DNA of 64,000 nt from the human T2T-CHM13v2.0 reference genome, Homo sapiens: NCBI RefSeq assembly GCF_009914755.1, contig NC_060929.1; one strand, written 5' to 3'. Below are positions 15,710 to 27,567 of this stretch, one piece after another. The notes beneath the pieces are model-generated. The model saw nothing but the letters and a program-made list of their open reading frames with translations, made no database searches and had not been told where the DNA came from. The position numbers and the translations under genes are program-made. Positions within the stretch are counted from its first letter, which is position 1, and the number at the start of each line of letters is the position of its first letter.

Positions 15710-15960
15710 AGCATAGCAAAGGTTAAGCATAGATAGAGACTTTTGGAGTCAGAATATTTGGATCTAGATCAAGTTCTCACCCTTTGCTAGCTTTGTGACG
15801 TTGGACAATTCATTAAACTTCTCTGATCCTCAGCTTTGTAGCCTATAAAATCAGGTTGATAATGTTTACCTCATTGTATTGCTGTAAAAACCGAAGGACA
15901 TAATGAATGGGAAGCATTCATTAATATCCCTTGCAGATATTAATAGTGTAATAAATGTCA
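15710..15960 (+). mobile_element. MIR relic
   Basis: ggagtcaga...ctttgtgacgttggacaattcattaaacttctctgatcctcagcttt...ataaaat. Confidence 0.65.
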
Positions 15961-17363
15961 TTTACAGTAGCAGTAGTATTAGTAATAATAGTAGTAGAAT
16001 AATAATTCCAGATTTTGGAATCATAGATATTCAAATATAAAAAGGGTCATAGAGATTCTTATTCATTCCCTGTAGTTAATAAAGAAGCTGAAGTCCACGC
16101 AGACTTTCACCGACACACTCAGAAGTCACTGTTGTTTCCACCACACCTGTCAGATTCAGCATTTCTACTCCAAAATATCTAGTTGTTGGTGCACTTGAAT
16201 ATGCTGAATTCGTGCTGATTTAGGAATCCTTTTTAAAGGACTGCTGAGTTTTAGCTGCCTCTAGTCAGAGAAAGGATATGAGAAAGCCAAATTCTGCAAA
16301 TAGTTTTCACTCTGCATTAACCATTCCACCAAGAGTAGAAGAAACAAGACAAAGGCCAGTATGGGCTTAAATTCATGTGCCTGGTCTTCCTCCAGCCTAC
16401 ATTTTGTCCAGCCTTTCAGCTTAAAAAAAGAAAAGAAAAGAAAAGAAATCCACTTTGGTCTTCAGGGGTATAAACCAAGTCCATTAAAAAACTCTCATGC
16501 ATGTTGGGTCTTTTTTTTTTTTTTTTTTTCAGAGCGCTCTGAAATTTCTCAGCCCTGGAAATATATGTAAAAATAATTTCACAAAACACTTAGTGTGATT
16601 CCTAATATAAACACTCTGAAATGCAGATTCTTAAATGAGTTGGTGCAGTAAGGGATGAGCAAACCATGTTCTTATACTGCCCCCTTCCGGCAAACGGCTG
16701 GAAGAGACAGCCTGCATATTTTGTGTTGAAGAAACTAGTTCAATTTCATTTAAAATAAAACTTCTTTTGTAATCTCTTTGCCCCAGCCCTGCTGATAGGC
16801 AGCTGTAGGTAATTTCTCTTGTTGCTTGAAAATGTTGCACAATATGAAAAAAACAATAATGTTAAAGACAAGACATCTTTGGTGCTCTAGAAGGGCAAGA
16901 AGTAGGGAAAAATTACTCAGCTGTATTTGTATCAAGCAGGCACATGGAAGCTGGGAAAAAAACAGAACTCCCTCCTTGGTTTTTGAGAATTGATGGTGTG
17001 AAATTTCCTCAGATGCCAAAATCAGCTAAAGCACAGGAAGATTATAAATATAAGGTAAACAGAAGGAATACCGATCCTAGCTTTCTTTCTTAGTAAGACA
17101 GAAATAAAGAAAGGCCAATTTCTACAATATTGTGGCTAGAGATCAATTTGTGAAATGAATCCTGGCCTCTGAAAGCTCTTCCTTCCTGAAGCATGAAAAA
17201 ACAAGGCTTAAGAGATTACTTAGGCTGGCATAATCCCTCTTCATGCAGATACAGCCTGTTAGCTATGGTAAGATAGGCTATACTGTAGCAACAACCAGCC
17301 ATAAAATCTCAGTGGCTTACACCAAGAAAAGTTTATTTCTCACACACATAAAATCACATGACC

Positions 17364-17662
17364 AGCCGGCGCGGTGGCTCATGCCTGTAATCCCAGCACT
17401 TCGGGAGGCTAAGGCGGGTGGATCATGAGGTCAGGAGATCAAGACCATCCTGGCTAACACGGTAAAACCCCGTCTCTACTAAAAATACAAAAAAATTAGC
17501 TGGGCGTGGTGGTGGGCGCCTGTAGTCCCAGCTTCTCAGGAGGCTGAGGCAGGAGAATGGCATGAACCCAGGGGGTGGAGCTTACAGTGAGCCAAGATTG
17601 CGCCACTGAACTCCAGCCTGGGTGACAGAGCGAGACTCCGTCTCAAAAAAAAAAAAAAAAAA
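17364..17662 (+). mobile_element. AluY
   Basis: Full dimer with poly(A); TSD aaaatcacatgacc(a). Confidence 0.95.
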
Positions 17663-17689
17663 ATCACATGACCAAGGCTCATGATCCTC

Positions 17690-17850
17690 ATCACACTGTA
17701 TTCTAATTGCCTACCTATTTGTTTCCACAGCAGACCATGATATTCTTTGGGTAGGAACTACGTCTATTCGTTTCTCTGTTGTGTCCCCAATACTTAGCAC
17801 AACACCAGGCAAATAGAAGCTCAAAGAATATTTGTTCAATAAATGAAAGA
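17690..17850 (+). mobile_element. L2 3' end
   Basis: gtgtccccaatacttagcacaacaccaggc...atatttgttcaataaatgaa. Confidence 0.65.
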
Positions 17851-19544
17851 ATAAAGGATAGATAAAAAAGTGAAGCAAACTAAATACCTCTGGGCATCAT
17901 TTCCAGGAGCTCTGATTTCTCCCTTTCTAAACTTCAGGTGCAGTCCGCCTAGCAAATGTCCATTTTACACTGGGGTTCATCCCTCTCTTCCCATAGGCTT
18001 CTGGCCATGGTGTCATGTCCATGTAACTTGTGTGATCTCTTTAAAGGTCTTCTTAGTGAGCCATTGAAAAACCAATGATGTGAATCAACAATGGTGGTAG
18101 GTAAATATTCTTAGCCACCAGGCTTTGTGGTGCTTGCATTAGGGAGAGGGTGATAGACGTAGAATACAGCCCACTGGAGCACTTAGGGATGGCTGCTCGG
18201 AGAACCACTTCACAAAATGGTACCAGTGCCAAGCACCAGAAATCAAAATGGAAATGCAAGACCCAGTGAGATCACAGGGGAGAAAGAAAAAGGGAAAACT
18301 TTTCCAGTTAGGGTTTAAAAAGAAAAAGAAAGTGGCACCTTAAGATGTGCTTTATATATACAAACATATATATATAAATACCTTACTACTTAATTACTAC
18401 AACTATGGTAAGCAATCTGAGGGCAAGTAAAAGAAGCCTTGCCCTCAGACAGCTTACCAAAGTAGTAGTAATATGTGTATATATATAAATATATACATTT
18501 CCAAAAGTCTTACTAGCATAGTGGGAAGCCCAAAAAGATCCTTTTCCTTTTCCTCTCTCTTTTTTTGTTCTTTCTATGGCTCTCCATTTTCCACCTACCA
18601 AATGCTAACCAAATTACACGGTGACCAACTGTTTTGAATCCTCTTCCCTAAAGAGCTTACCATTTCCACCTGTTTTTTACCAAAGATCCTTTTAAACTAT
18701 ATGCTTTGATGGATACTAAGCTGGAAATTTTGGCTCTTTGTAGTCCTGAATCCTACATGCAATTATCAAAGGGCTTATGGATTACTATTTTTCACCTAAA
18801 GCAGATGAGGAGATGTGCTGTGGCATCGCAAATGCTAGGACATAAATGTTCTGAACCCTAAACCTTGCAGTTTAGCATTTATTGTACCAAGTACAATACC
18901 GAGTTTATCTATGTATACAGTTTTAGAAAAGGAGCAATTCTATGTACTTGGAGATTAAAGATTGGTTTACAATTTGTATTAAAACAAAGAGCTGCTGGTC
19001 CCAAATCCTTTCTCCTTCCTGGCCCCAATAAATCTGATTCTTGCCTCCAACAGAGGATGCCTTCCCTGCCCCTACCCTGTGGTTAGAGAGAGAACTGCAC
19101 TGTCATGGGGCTTATATTTGCCTGACCTTTTGCATACTCATATTAGGCAATGATGACTATTTCAGGACTGCAGAATACTAAGTGAAGAACAGATAGATTA
19201 TATAGTGTGCCTGCTAAGTGGCCTGTTGCTATGGTTTCCCACTGAAAGAACAGAATTCTCGCCATTAGGTTATCTGAAATCTGCAGGACTGCACCAAAAT
19301 GTTTCTGCAGAGAAGAGGACTGTCCGTTAAACACAGCTCCATCTGATCAAATCCAGTCTCAGATCAGCAGGGAGCATAATAATGGAAGCATGACTTCAGC
19401 AGTAGGATTTGCAGGACATTTGTGGGACTGAAACTGAGGCATTGCCCTCTGTTGATGAGTGACCTTTCCTATATTTGTTATCTATGTCCTCTATGCCAAA
19501 AAGTTATTGAATCTGAACCACCTGGGCATGAAAATGGGAACACA

Positions 19545-19900
19545 ATGCTCCTGTACTTAAAACCCTCCAAAGGCTTTCCATTGCTCTTAAGATAAAAATC
19601 CAGATCCTCTTGAGTGCCTTGCAGTTCTCTGCATGGTCAGACCCCAACTGCTTCTTTATCCTCACCTCACCCCACTCCATTTATGCCTTCTGACAGGACT
19701 CTCCATTTTCGTTTTATAGCACTTATCAACATTAGAAATTAACTGTAGGTTTTTGTGCTTCTTTAATATATATCTACCCCATTAAAATAGAACTTTAAAG
19801 TCATGGGCTATGTCTTTGTTATCTTTGTTATATCCCCAACACCTACTATAAAACTTGGCACATTCTATCCTCATTTAATTAGCAATTAGAGGACTGAATG
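19545..19900 (+). mobile_element. L2 3' region
   Basis: cttaaaaccctccaaaggctttccattgctcttaagataaaaatcc...tatccccaacacct. Confidence 0.65.
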
Positions 19901-21069
19901 TCTACTTATTCATTGAACAAGTAATAAACTGAAAAAAAAATTTAAAAGAAGATTTGCCCTCAGATTGCTTATGAATACAGTACAAGGAAATATGTCTGGG
20001 TAAACAAATAGCTATATACCAATGAAACAGCAATTTCTTGTTATCTCCTGGAGACCTGGTGCTGACCATGATGGGTAAGTAATGCCCATGCCTTTAACAC
20101 AGGTGTGCTAGACACATGTCTGAAGGACATGCTAAAAGGTAACTCAACCAGTCTAGTAGTAACTCTTAGCTCATCAAAAACCTTCAACCACAATAAAAGA
20201 AGCCCAGAGATTCTATAAGGAAGACAGAAAATACTTTGAAGGGTATTTATAGGGATAGAGTGACATTTATCCCCTCTCTCTCCTCAAGCCACCTGAAAGG
20301 TTGGCAAGAGAATTCCTTAGGGAGATGGGAGAAGAGAAACCCAGAGTGTGTGGAGAGAAGAGGAGGTAGGTACTCACATAGAAATGTAGCTGGACCAGAG
20401 TCCTCTTAAAAAGACTCTTGCTCTAGGATGAAGGGAAGCCAGCAGTGTACTGCCAATAGGCGGGAGCTAAGGGAAAGTCAAGAGCCTAAGAGGGCAGAAT
20501 GTGCTCCTTATTGGGTACTCAAAGAGTTCCTATAAGTGCCCCATGTGAGGAAGAGCCAAAAGATTGCCTTGTCATGAAAGAAACCACTGGCAATCAAATA
20601 AACCAGCATCAGGCAAATAATACTTGCCCTTTCTTGGTAAATTTAGCACACATACTTGATATACGCATATACATGCTCTCTCTCACATGCTCTTTCTCAT
20701 TCTCTCTCTCTCTCTTTCTGTCTCTCTCTCTCACACACATGCTCAATGTTTTACTCTAAAGGAGCCAGAACACAGATGAATTGGGGAGAAGAGGCGGAGA
20801 AGGCAGAGCAGAGAATGAGTCCATGACCCTTCCCCGCTGGTGGACTTAGGAATCAGTGGCAGGCCTAGGAGGAAGGTTGGCCAGACAGAAACGTTGACTT
20901 GAATGAGAGATTAGAGTTTTGATCAAGGTTGAACTGAAATTCTTAACACCTGATGATGAGACTGTACTAATACCTGAAGGCATATAAGATTGCCTAAGAA
21001 ATCTTTTGCCATAGGGAAGGAGAACCCAGAGAATGTAGGTGAAGGTAGTGCTTAGAAAATAATGAAGCT

Positions 21070-21322
21070 ACAGAGACAGAAACTAGACAAGTGATTGCCT
21101 GGAGCCAGAGTGTAGGAGAGAGGGTCGGGGGAGGACAGAAATGAGAAATGAGTACTCATGGTTATTGAGTTCCTTTTCCAGCTAATGAAAATGTTCTAAA
21201 ATTGATTGTGGTGATAGTTGTACAATTCTGTGAACATACTAAGCACCACAGAATTGTACACTGTAAATGGGTGAATTGTATGATACCTGACTTGTATTTC
21301 AATAAAGCTGTTTTAAAAAATA
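21070..21322 (+). mobile_element. L1MB-type 3' end fragment
   Basis: gaaaatgttctaaaattgattgtggtgatagttgtacaa...caataaagctgtt; TSD aataatgaagct. Confidence 0.85.
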
Positions 21323-21830
21323 ATAATGAAGCTGACTCCTGATTGCACCTTCTCACATCCAGTCTGTACAATAAACTAACTTCATAAAATAGAAAATAAT
21401 AAGTTTAATGAGAAGAGTAAAAGTAAAGTACAATAGGATTTCCAAGTTGAGGTAATCAGCTCAAAACCTTTTCTGCTTAGGAAATTATTTGATTTACCAA
21501 CCAATGTTCTAGGAATATTTGGAATAATAGAATCGTGCTTGTACTTATTAAATATGCAAGATGCATTCCTATTTTTCTCCTCCTTTAGCAAAACTTATTC
21601 ATGAAAAAGATAAATTTCTCATCAACTCCCAGGAGAATTGTGTATCCTGCAACCGTAGATAATTCAATAAGTCTTGTGACTATAAAAGGATGATATCTTA
21701 TATCTGAATATATTATTGCATGCAAAGAACTTTTCAAGGACAAATGTTTCTCATTCAGTCATAACCACACTGAATGATTGGTAGAGGAATTATATCTGCA
21801 TTTTACACACAAGGAATGTTAAGACTAAAA

Positions 21831-22161
21831 CAGGAGTCTGCAAATTATGGCCCACTGGCCAAATTTACTCTGTCACCTGTATTTGCGTAGCCCATGAGAT
21901 AAGAATAATTTTTACAAGTTTAAGTCATTGAAAAAAAATCAAAAGAAACATATCTCATGAATACTGAAAATAACATGAAATTCAAATTTCAGTATTCATA
22001 AACTTTTATCAAAACAAAGCAAATGCTCATTTATTCACATATTGTGTCACGCTTTCATGCTGCAATGACAGAGATGAGTCTTTGTATGACAGAGATTGTA
22101 TAGCTGGCAATGCCTAAAATATTTAGTATTTGTCTTTTAAGAAAAAGTTTGCTGACTTCTT
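21831..22161 (+). mobile_element. MER58B-like hAT-Charlie DNA transposon
   Basis: TIRs caggagtctgcaaa and tttgctgacttct; internal match to recalled MER58B. Confidence 0.75.
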
Positions 22162-22338
22162 CTCTAAAAGGTTGAATGACCTCTCATTTCACATGCTTAG
22201 TTAGCTGTAGAAAGAGACATAAGATCACTAATTAAGGTCATAAATCATAATATCCTGTTCCCTATACAATAACATTTGTAGTATTTATATGTTCATTTCC
22301 CTCTTCTGTTGGGCCACCAAACTTTCTTTTGGAAATGA

Positions 22339-22713
<375 letters not shown>

Positions 22714-22801
22714 TGACTTCCTTAACTCTTAAAAATCCCCTATGTCTCAAATTATAATATCACATCCTCAGATATCCATCATGTTAATCTAAAATAAGTT
22801 C

Positions 22802-23825
22802 TGTAGTCATCCAACAGTTTTTTTTCTGCCTGCTGCACAGACAAAAACCAATTCACTGAGACCACAATATTGCAGTAAAGAAAAAATATAACTAATGTGA
22901 GGCCGGCCACTTGGGAGCTCCGGATTTCTCATGCAAATCAGTCTCATGGAGGCTCAGAGGTTAGGGTTTTTCTTTTTTTTTTTGAGACAGAGTCTCGCTC
23001 TGTTGCCCAGGCTGCAGTGCAATGGCACGATCTCGGCTCACTGCAACCTCTGCCCCTCCAGGTTTAAGCAATTCTCTGCCTCAGCCTCCAGAGTAGATAG
23101 GATTACAGGCGCATGCCACCACACCCGGCTAATTTTCTGTATTTTTAGTAGAGATGGGATCTCACCATCTTGGCCAGGCTGGTCTTGAACTTCTGACCTC
23201 GTGATCCACCCACCTAGGCCTCCCAAAGTGCTGGGATTACAGGCATGAGCCACCGCACCCGGCCTAGGGTTTTTCAAGAATAGTTTGCTGGGCAGTGTGC
23301 TAGGGAATGGGAAATGTTGATTAGTTGGGGATGAAATCGTAGGGGTATGGAAAGCAGTTCTTGTGCCCTGAGCCAGCCTCTGGGTGGGAGTCACAAGACT
23401 GGTTGAGTCATGAGTCGTGGGACCGAGTAGAGTTAGTTGGTCATCAAAAAGCCAAAAGTCTGAAAACCATCTCAAAAGGCCAACCTTAGGTTCTATAATA
23501 GTGATGTTATCCATATGAACAATTATAAATTTTGTGACCCTGGAACAAGGCCAGTTATCACTTAACCATGCCTACATCTTAGCAGAATTCAGCCCCCTCT
23601 CATATTCCTAACCTTGTGGGCTTTCATTAGTTTTTACAAAGGTTGTTTAGTTTGGGGAAGGGTTATTATCATTCTTGCCTTAAGGGTAAACTATAAAGTA
23701 AATTCTTCCCTAAGTTAGGTTGGCCTATAGCCAGGAATGACCAAGGACAGCTTGGAGGTTAGAAGCAAGATACAGTCAACTATGTCAGATTCTCTTACTG
23801 TCATAATTTTGCAAAGGCAGTTTCA
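22802..23825 (-). mobile_element. Solo ERV1 LTR, LTR8-family, interrupted by an Alu
   Basis: Minus strand starts TGAAACTGCCTTTGCAAAATTATGAC; TG...CA termini; 4-bp TSD GTTC (22798-22801, 23826-23829). Confidence 0.82.
22973..23264 (-). mobile_element. AluS nested in LTR8
   Basis: Full dimer; TSD tagggtttttc. Confidence 0.92.
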
Positions 23826-23909
23826 GTTCCACTTTATACTCTCTGACAGGATCCTGCAGTCAACTATAGAGTGCTATGAACCAGGAAGAACCTTAACAAC
23901 CATATAATT

Positions 23910-24118
23910 CAGAAGTCAGCGAACTTTTTCTGTAAGGGCCAAATAATATTTTAGCTTTGCAGGCCATACTGTCTCTGCAATAACTACTCAATTCTGCCAT
24001 CATAGCACAAAAGCAACTATAGATAATACCTAAAGGAATGTCATTCCAATAAACCGTTATTTAGAAAAACAGACAGATGGCTGGATTTGGCCCATGAACT
24101 GTAGTTTGCCAACCCCTG
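23910..24118 (-). mobile_element. MER58A-like hAT-Charlie MITE
   Basis: TIRs cagaagtcagcgaact and agtttgccaacccctg. Confidence 0.78.
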
Positions 24119-24171
24119 ATACAGTCTATACCTTTATCTTACATGTTGTGAAGCTGAGTATGAAGAGAGTA

Positions 24172-24531
24172 CAATAGCATGAATGTTTATGTCCCCTCAA
24201 ATTCATATGTTAAAATCCTAACCCCCAATGTAACAATATTAGGATGTGGAACCTTGGAAGGTAATTAGGTCATGTGTGTGGAATCTTCACTATTGGGATT
24301 AGTACCCTTATAAAAGGGACCATAGAGAGATCCCCACATACCTTTCCACCATGTGACCTCACTGTGAAAGGACAGCTATCTATGAGGAAGGAGGTCCTCA
24401 CCAGACACTGAATCTGCTGGCTCCTTGGTCTGGAACTTCCCAACCTCCAGAATGGTAAAAAATAAGTTTTTGTTGTTGACAAACCACTCAGTCTATGGTA
24501 TTTTGTTATACAGACCAAATAGACTAAGACA
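24172..24531 (+). mobile_element. MLT1A-type MaLR solo LTR
   Basis: tgaatgtttatgtcccctcaaattcatatgttaaaatcctaacccccaatg...gactaagaca. Confidence 0.82.
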
Positions 24532-24596
24532 AGGAAAGTGACTTGAGAATTAGAATCCATCTTCCTGACCCAAAGCCTAGTCCAAGGTGTTGCTAC

Positions 24597-25903
24597 TGAG
24601 AGGTGACAGCGTGCTGGCAGCCCTCGCAGCCCTCGCTCGCTCTCCACGCCTCCACTGCCTGGGTGCCCACTCTGGCTACACTTGAGGAGCCCTTCAGCCC
24701 ACGGCTGCACTGTGGGAGCCCCTTCCTGGGCTGGCTGAGGCTGGAGCCAGCTCCCTCAGTTTGCGGGGAGGTGTGGAGAGAGAGGCGCGGGCGGGAACCG
24801 GTGCTTGTGGGCCAGTGCGAGCTCTGGGTGGGCGTGGACTCGGCAGGCCCCGCACTCGGAGCAGCCAGCTGGCCCCGCCGGCCCCGGGCAGTGAGGGGCT
24901 TAGCACCTGGGCCAGCAGCTGCTGTGCTTGACTTCTCCCCGGGCCTTAGCTGCCTCTCCGCGGGGCAGGGCTTGGGACCTGCAGCCTGCCATGCCTGAGC
25001 CTCCCCCCAACCTGTGGGCTCCTGCGCAGCCCGAGCCTCCCCAACAAGTGCCACCCCCTGCTTCACGGCACCCAGTCCCATCGACCACCCAAGGGCTGAG
25101 GAGTGTGGGCGCATGGCATGGGACTGGCAGGCAGCTCCACCTGCAGCCCCCATGCAGGATCCACTGGGTGAAGCCAGCTGGGCTCCTGAGTCTGGTGGGG
25201 ACTTCGAGAATCTTTATGTCTAGCTAAGGGATTGTAAATACACCAATCGGCACTCTGTATCTAGCTCAAGGTTTGTAAACACACCAGTCAGCACCCCGTG
25301 TCTAGCTCAGGGTTTGTGAATGCACCAATCGACACTCTGTAGCTAGCTACTCTGGTGGGGACTTGGAGAACCTTTGTGTCCACACTCTGTATCTAGCTAA
25401 TCTAGTGGGGATGTGGAGAACTTTTGTGTCTAGCTCAGGGATTGTAAATGCACCAATCAGCACCCTGTCAAAATAGACCAATCAGCTCTCTGTAAAACAG
25501 ACCAATCGGCTCTCTGTAAAATGGACCAATCAGCAGGATGTGGGTGGAGCCAGATAAGGGAATAAAAGCAGGCTGCCCGAGCCACCGTGGCAACCCGATT
25601 GGGTCCCCTTCCACAGTGTGGAAGCTTTGTTCTTTCACTCTTTGCAATAAATCTTGCTACTGCTCACTGTTTGGGTCCACACTGCTTTTATGAGCTGTCA
25701 CACTCACTGCGAAGGTCTGCAGCTTCACTCCTGAGCCAGCGAGACCACGAACCCACCAGAAGGAAGAAACTCTGAACACATCCGAACATCAGAAGGAACA
25801 AACTCCGGACAAGCCGCCTTTAAGAACTGTAACACTCACCGTGAGGGTCCGTGGCTTCATTCTTGAAGTCAGTAAGACCAAGAACCCACCAATTCCAGAC
25901 ACA
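24597..25903 (+). mobile_element. Solo ERV9 LTR (LTR12C-type)
   Basis: tgagaggtgacagcgtgctggc...ccaattccagacaca; 4-bp TSD CTAC; GC-rich U3 with tandem CCAAT-containing repeats at 25220-25530. Confidence 0.95.
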
Positions 25904-26405
25904 CTACAACCTGACATTGTCCTTAAAAAAAGCTTAGACTGACGAATCTAAGATACTCAAAAACCCAAAGAAATTAATGGAGCCTCTAAATCTTTGGAAA
26001 TTAGAGGGGGATATAATTTCATTTCTTTTTTTGAAACATGCAGGAATAGGTACGAACAAATACTGCTTTTACAAAGCCAATCTTCCTTGCAAATAGCACG
26101 AATGTTACTATCTTGAGCATAGCTTTCCTATGAAACTGAACACAGGGATAAATATTGAAAAGAGCTTGCCTTCTCCAAGAAATTTTTGTGGTACACAGGA
26201 TTTTGAAGACAAATGTATTTTAAAATACCAGATCAATTAAAAATACAATCAGTTGCATTTGTTGAGCACCCACCATGTCAAAGCACAATGCCTAAAACTT
26301 CTTCATACCTAAAAAGACTGTCTGACCCTCAACAAGTAAAATTCACCACTTGTTCCTACAATTCCATTCCCTTTTCATCACATTAAAGATAACTTTATTG
26401 CAAGG

Positions 26406-26859
26406 TGTTATAGGTTGAATTGTGTCCCCCTAAAATTAAAATGTTGAGGTTCTAAACTCCAGTCCTTGAGAATGTGACCTTTCTTGGAAATAGAATAGTT
26501 GTGTATGTAATTAGTTAAGATAGTCATTATGGCAGGTCCTAACGCAATATTACTAGTCTCTTTTGAAAGGAGAGCATTTAGACAGAGACAGGCACACAGA
26601 AAGAATGCCATGTGAAGATGAAGTTTGAGACACAGGTGATGCTTCTCCAACCACAGAATACCAAAGATGGCCGGAAAACCACAAGAAGCTGGGAAACACA
26701 AATTAAATGGATTCTATTTAAGAGCCCTCAGAAAGAACCAACCCTGACAACACCCTGATCTCAGACTTCTAGTTTCAAAACTGTGAGACAACACATTTCT
26801 GTTGGTTAAGCCACCCAGTTTTCAGTACCTTGTTACAACAGCCCTAGAAAATTGATACA
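26406..26859 (+). mobile_element. MLT1B/C-type MaLR solo LTR
   Basis: tgttataggttgaattgtgtcccc...cagccctagaaaattgataca. Confidence 0.82.
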
Positions 26860-26893
26860 AAAAGGTTTACATGTCTTTATCTAGCCCCTAGAA

Positions 26894-27403
26894 TAGAGGT
26901 CCCCAACCCCCAGGTCATGGCCTGTTAGGAACCTGGCCACACAGCAAGAGGTGAGCAGTGGGTGAGCGAGCAAAGCTTCATCTGTATTTATAGCCACTGC
27001 CCATTGCTTACATTACCACCGGAGTGCCACTTCTTCTCAGATCAGCGGTGGCATCAGAGTCTGATAGGAGCGTGAACCCTATGGCGAACTGCACATGCAA
27101 GGGATCTATTTTGCATGCTCCTTATAAGAATCGAATCCCTGATGATCTGTCACTGCCTCCTGTCACCTCTAAATGGGACTGTCCAGTTGCAAGAAAATAA
27201 GCTCAGGGCTCCCACTGATTCTACATTATGGTGAGTTGTGTAATTATTTCATTATATGCTACAATGTAATAATAGAGATAAAGTGCACGATAAACGCAAT
27301 GTGCTTGAATTATCCCGAAAATATCCCCCACTGTCACCTTGTCCATGGAAAAATTATCTTCCATGAAACCAGTCCCTGGAGCCAAAAACGCTAGAGAACG
27401 CTG
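26894..27403 (+). mobile_element. MER1A-like hAT-Charlie DNA transposon
   Basis: Perfect 8-bp TSD ccctagaa (26886-26893, 27404-27411); MER1-like body. Strand nominal. Confidence 0.85.
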
Positions 27404-27567
27404 CCCTAGAATATAAGTGCTTTAGAACAGATATGTTCTTTTTATGTATTCATCCATTTGTTCCAAAACACTTTTTACTAAATGCCTTATGTCCCAGAAC
27501 TTATCATAAAACCTGACTTACTGCAGACATTTGATAAATGTTTGACGGATAAATGAACAAAGGTAGA

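Noticed and set aside
24593-25227. Cluster of overlapping GC-rich ORFs or a CpG-island gene promoter
   Set aside because: Entirely within LTR12C U3; high GC content explains the scarcity of stop codons.
25220-25530. Regularly spaced repeats resembling a CRISPR array
   Set aside because: These are ERV9 LTR tandem CCAAT repeats with no unique spacers and no cas genes, in primate DNA.
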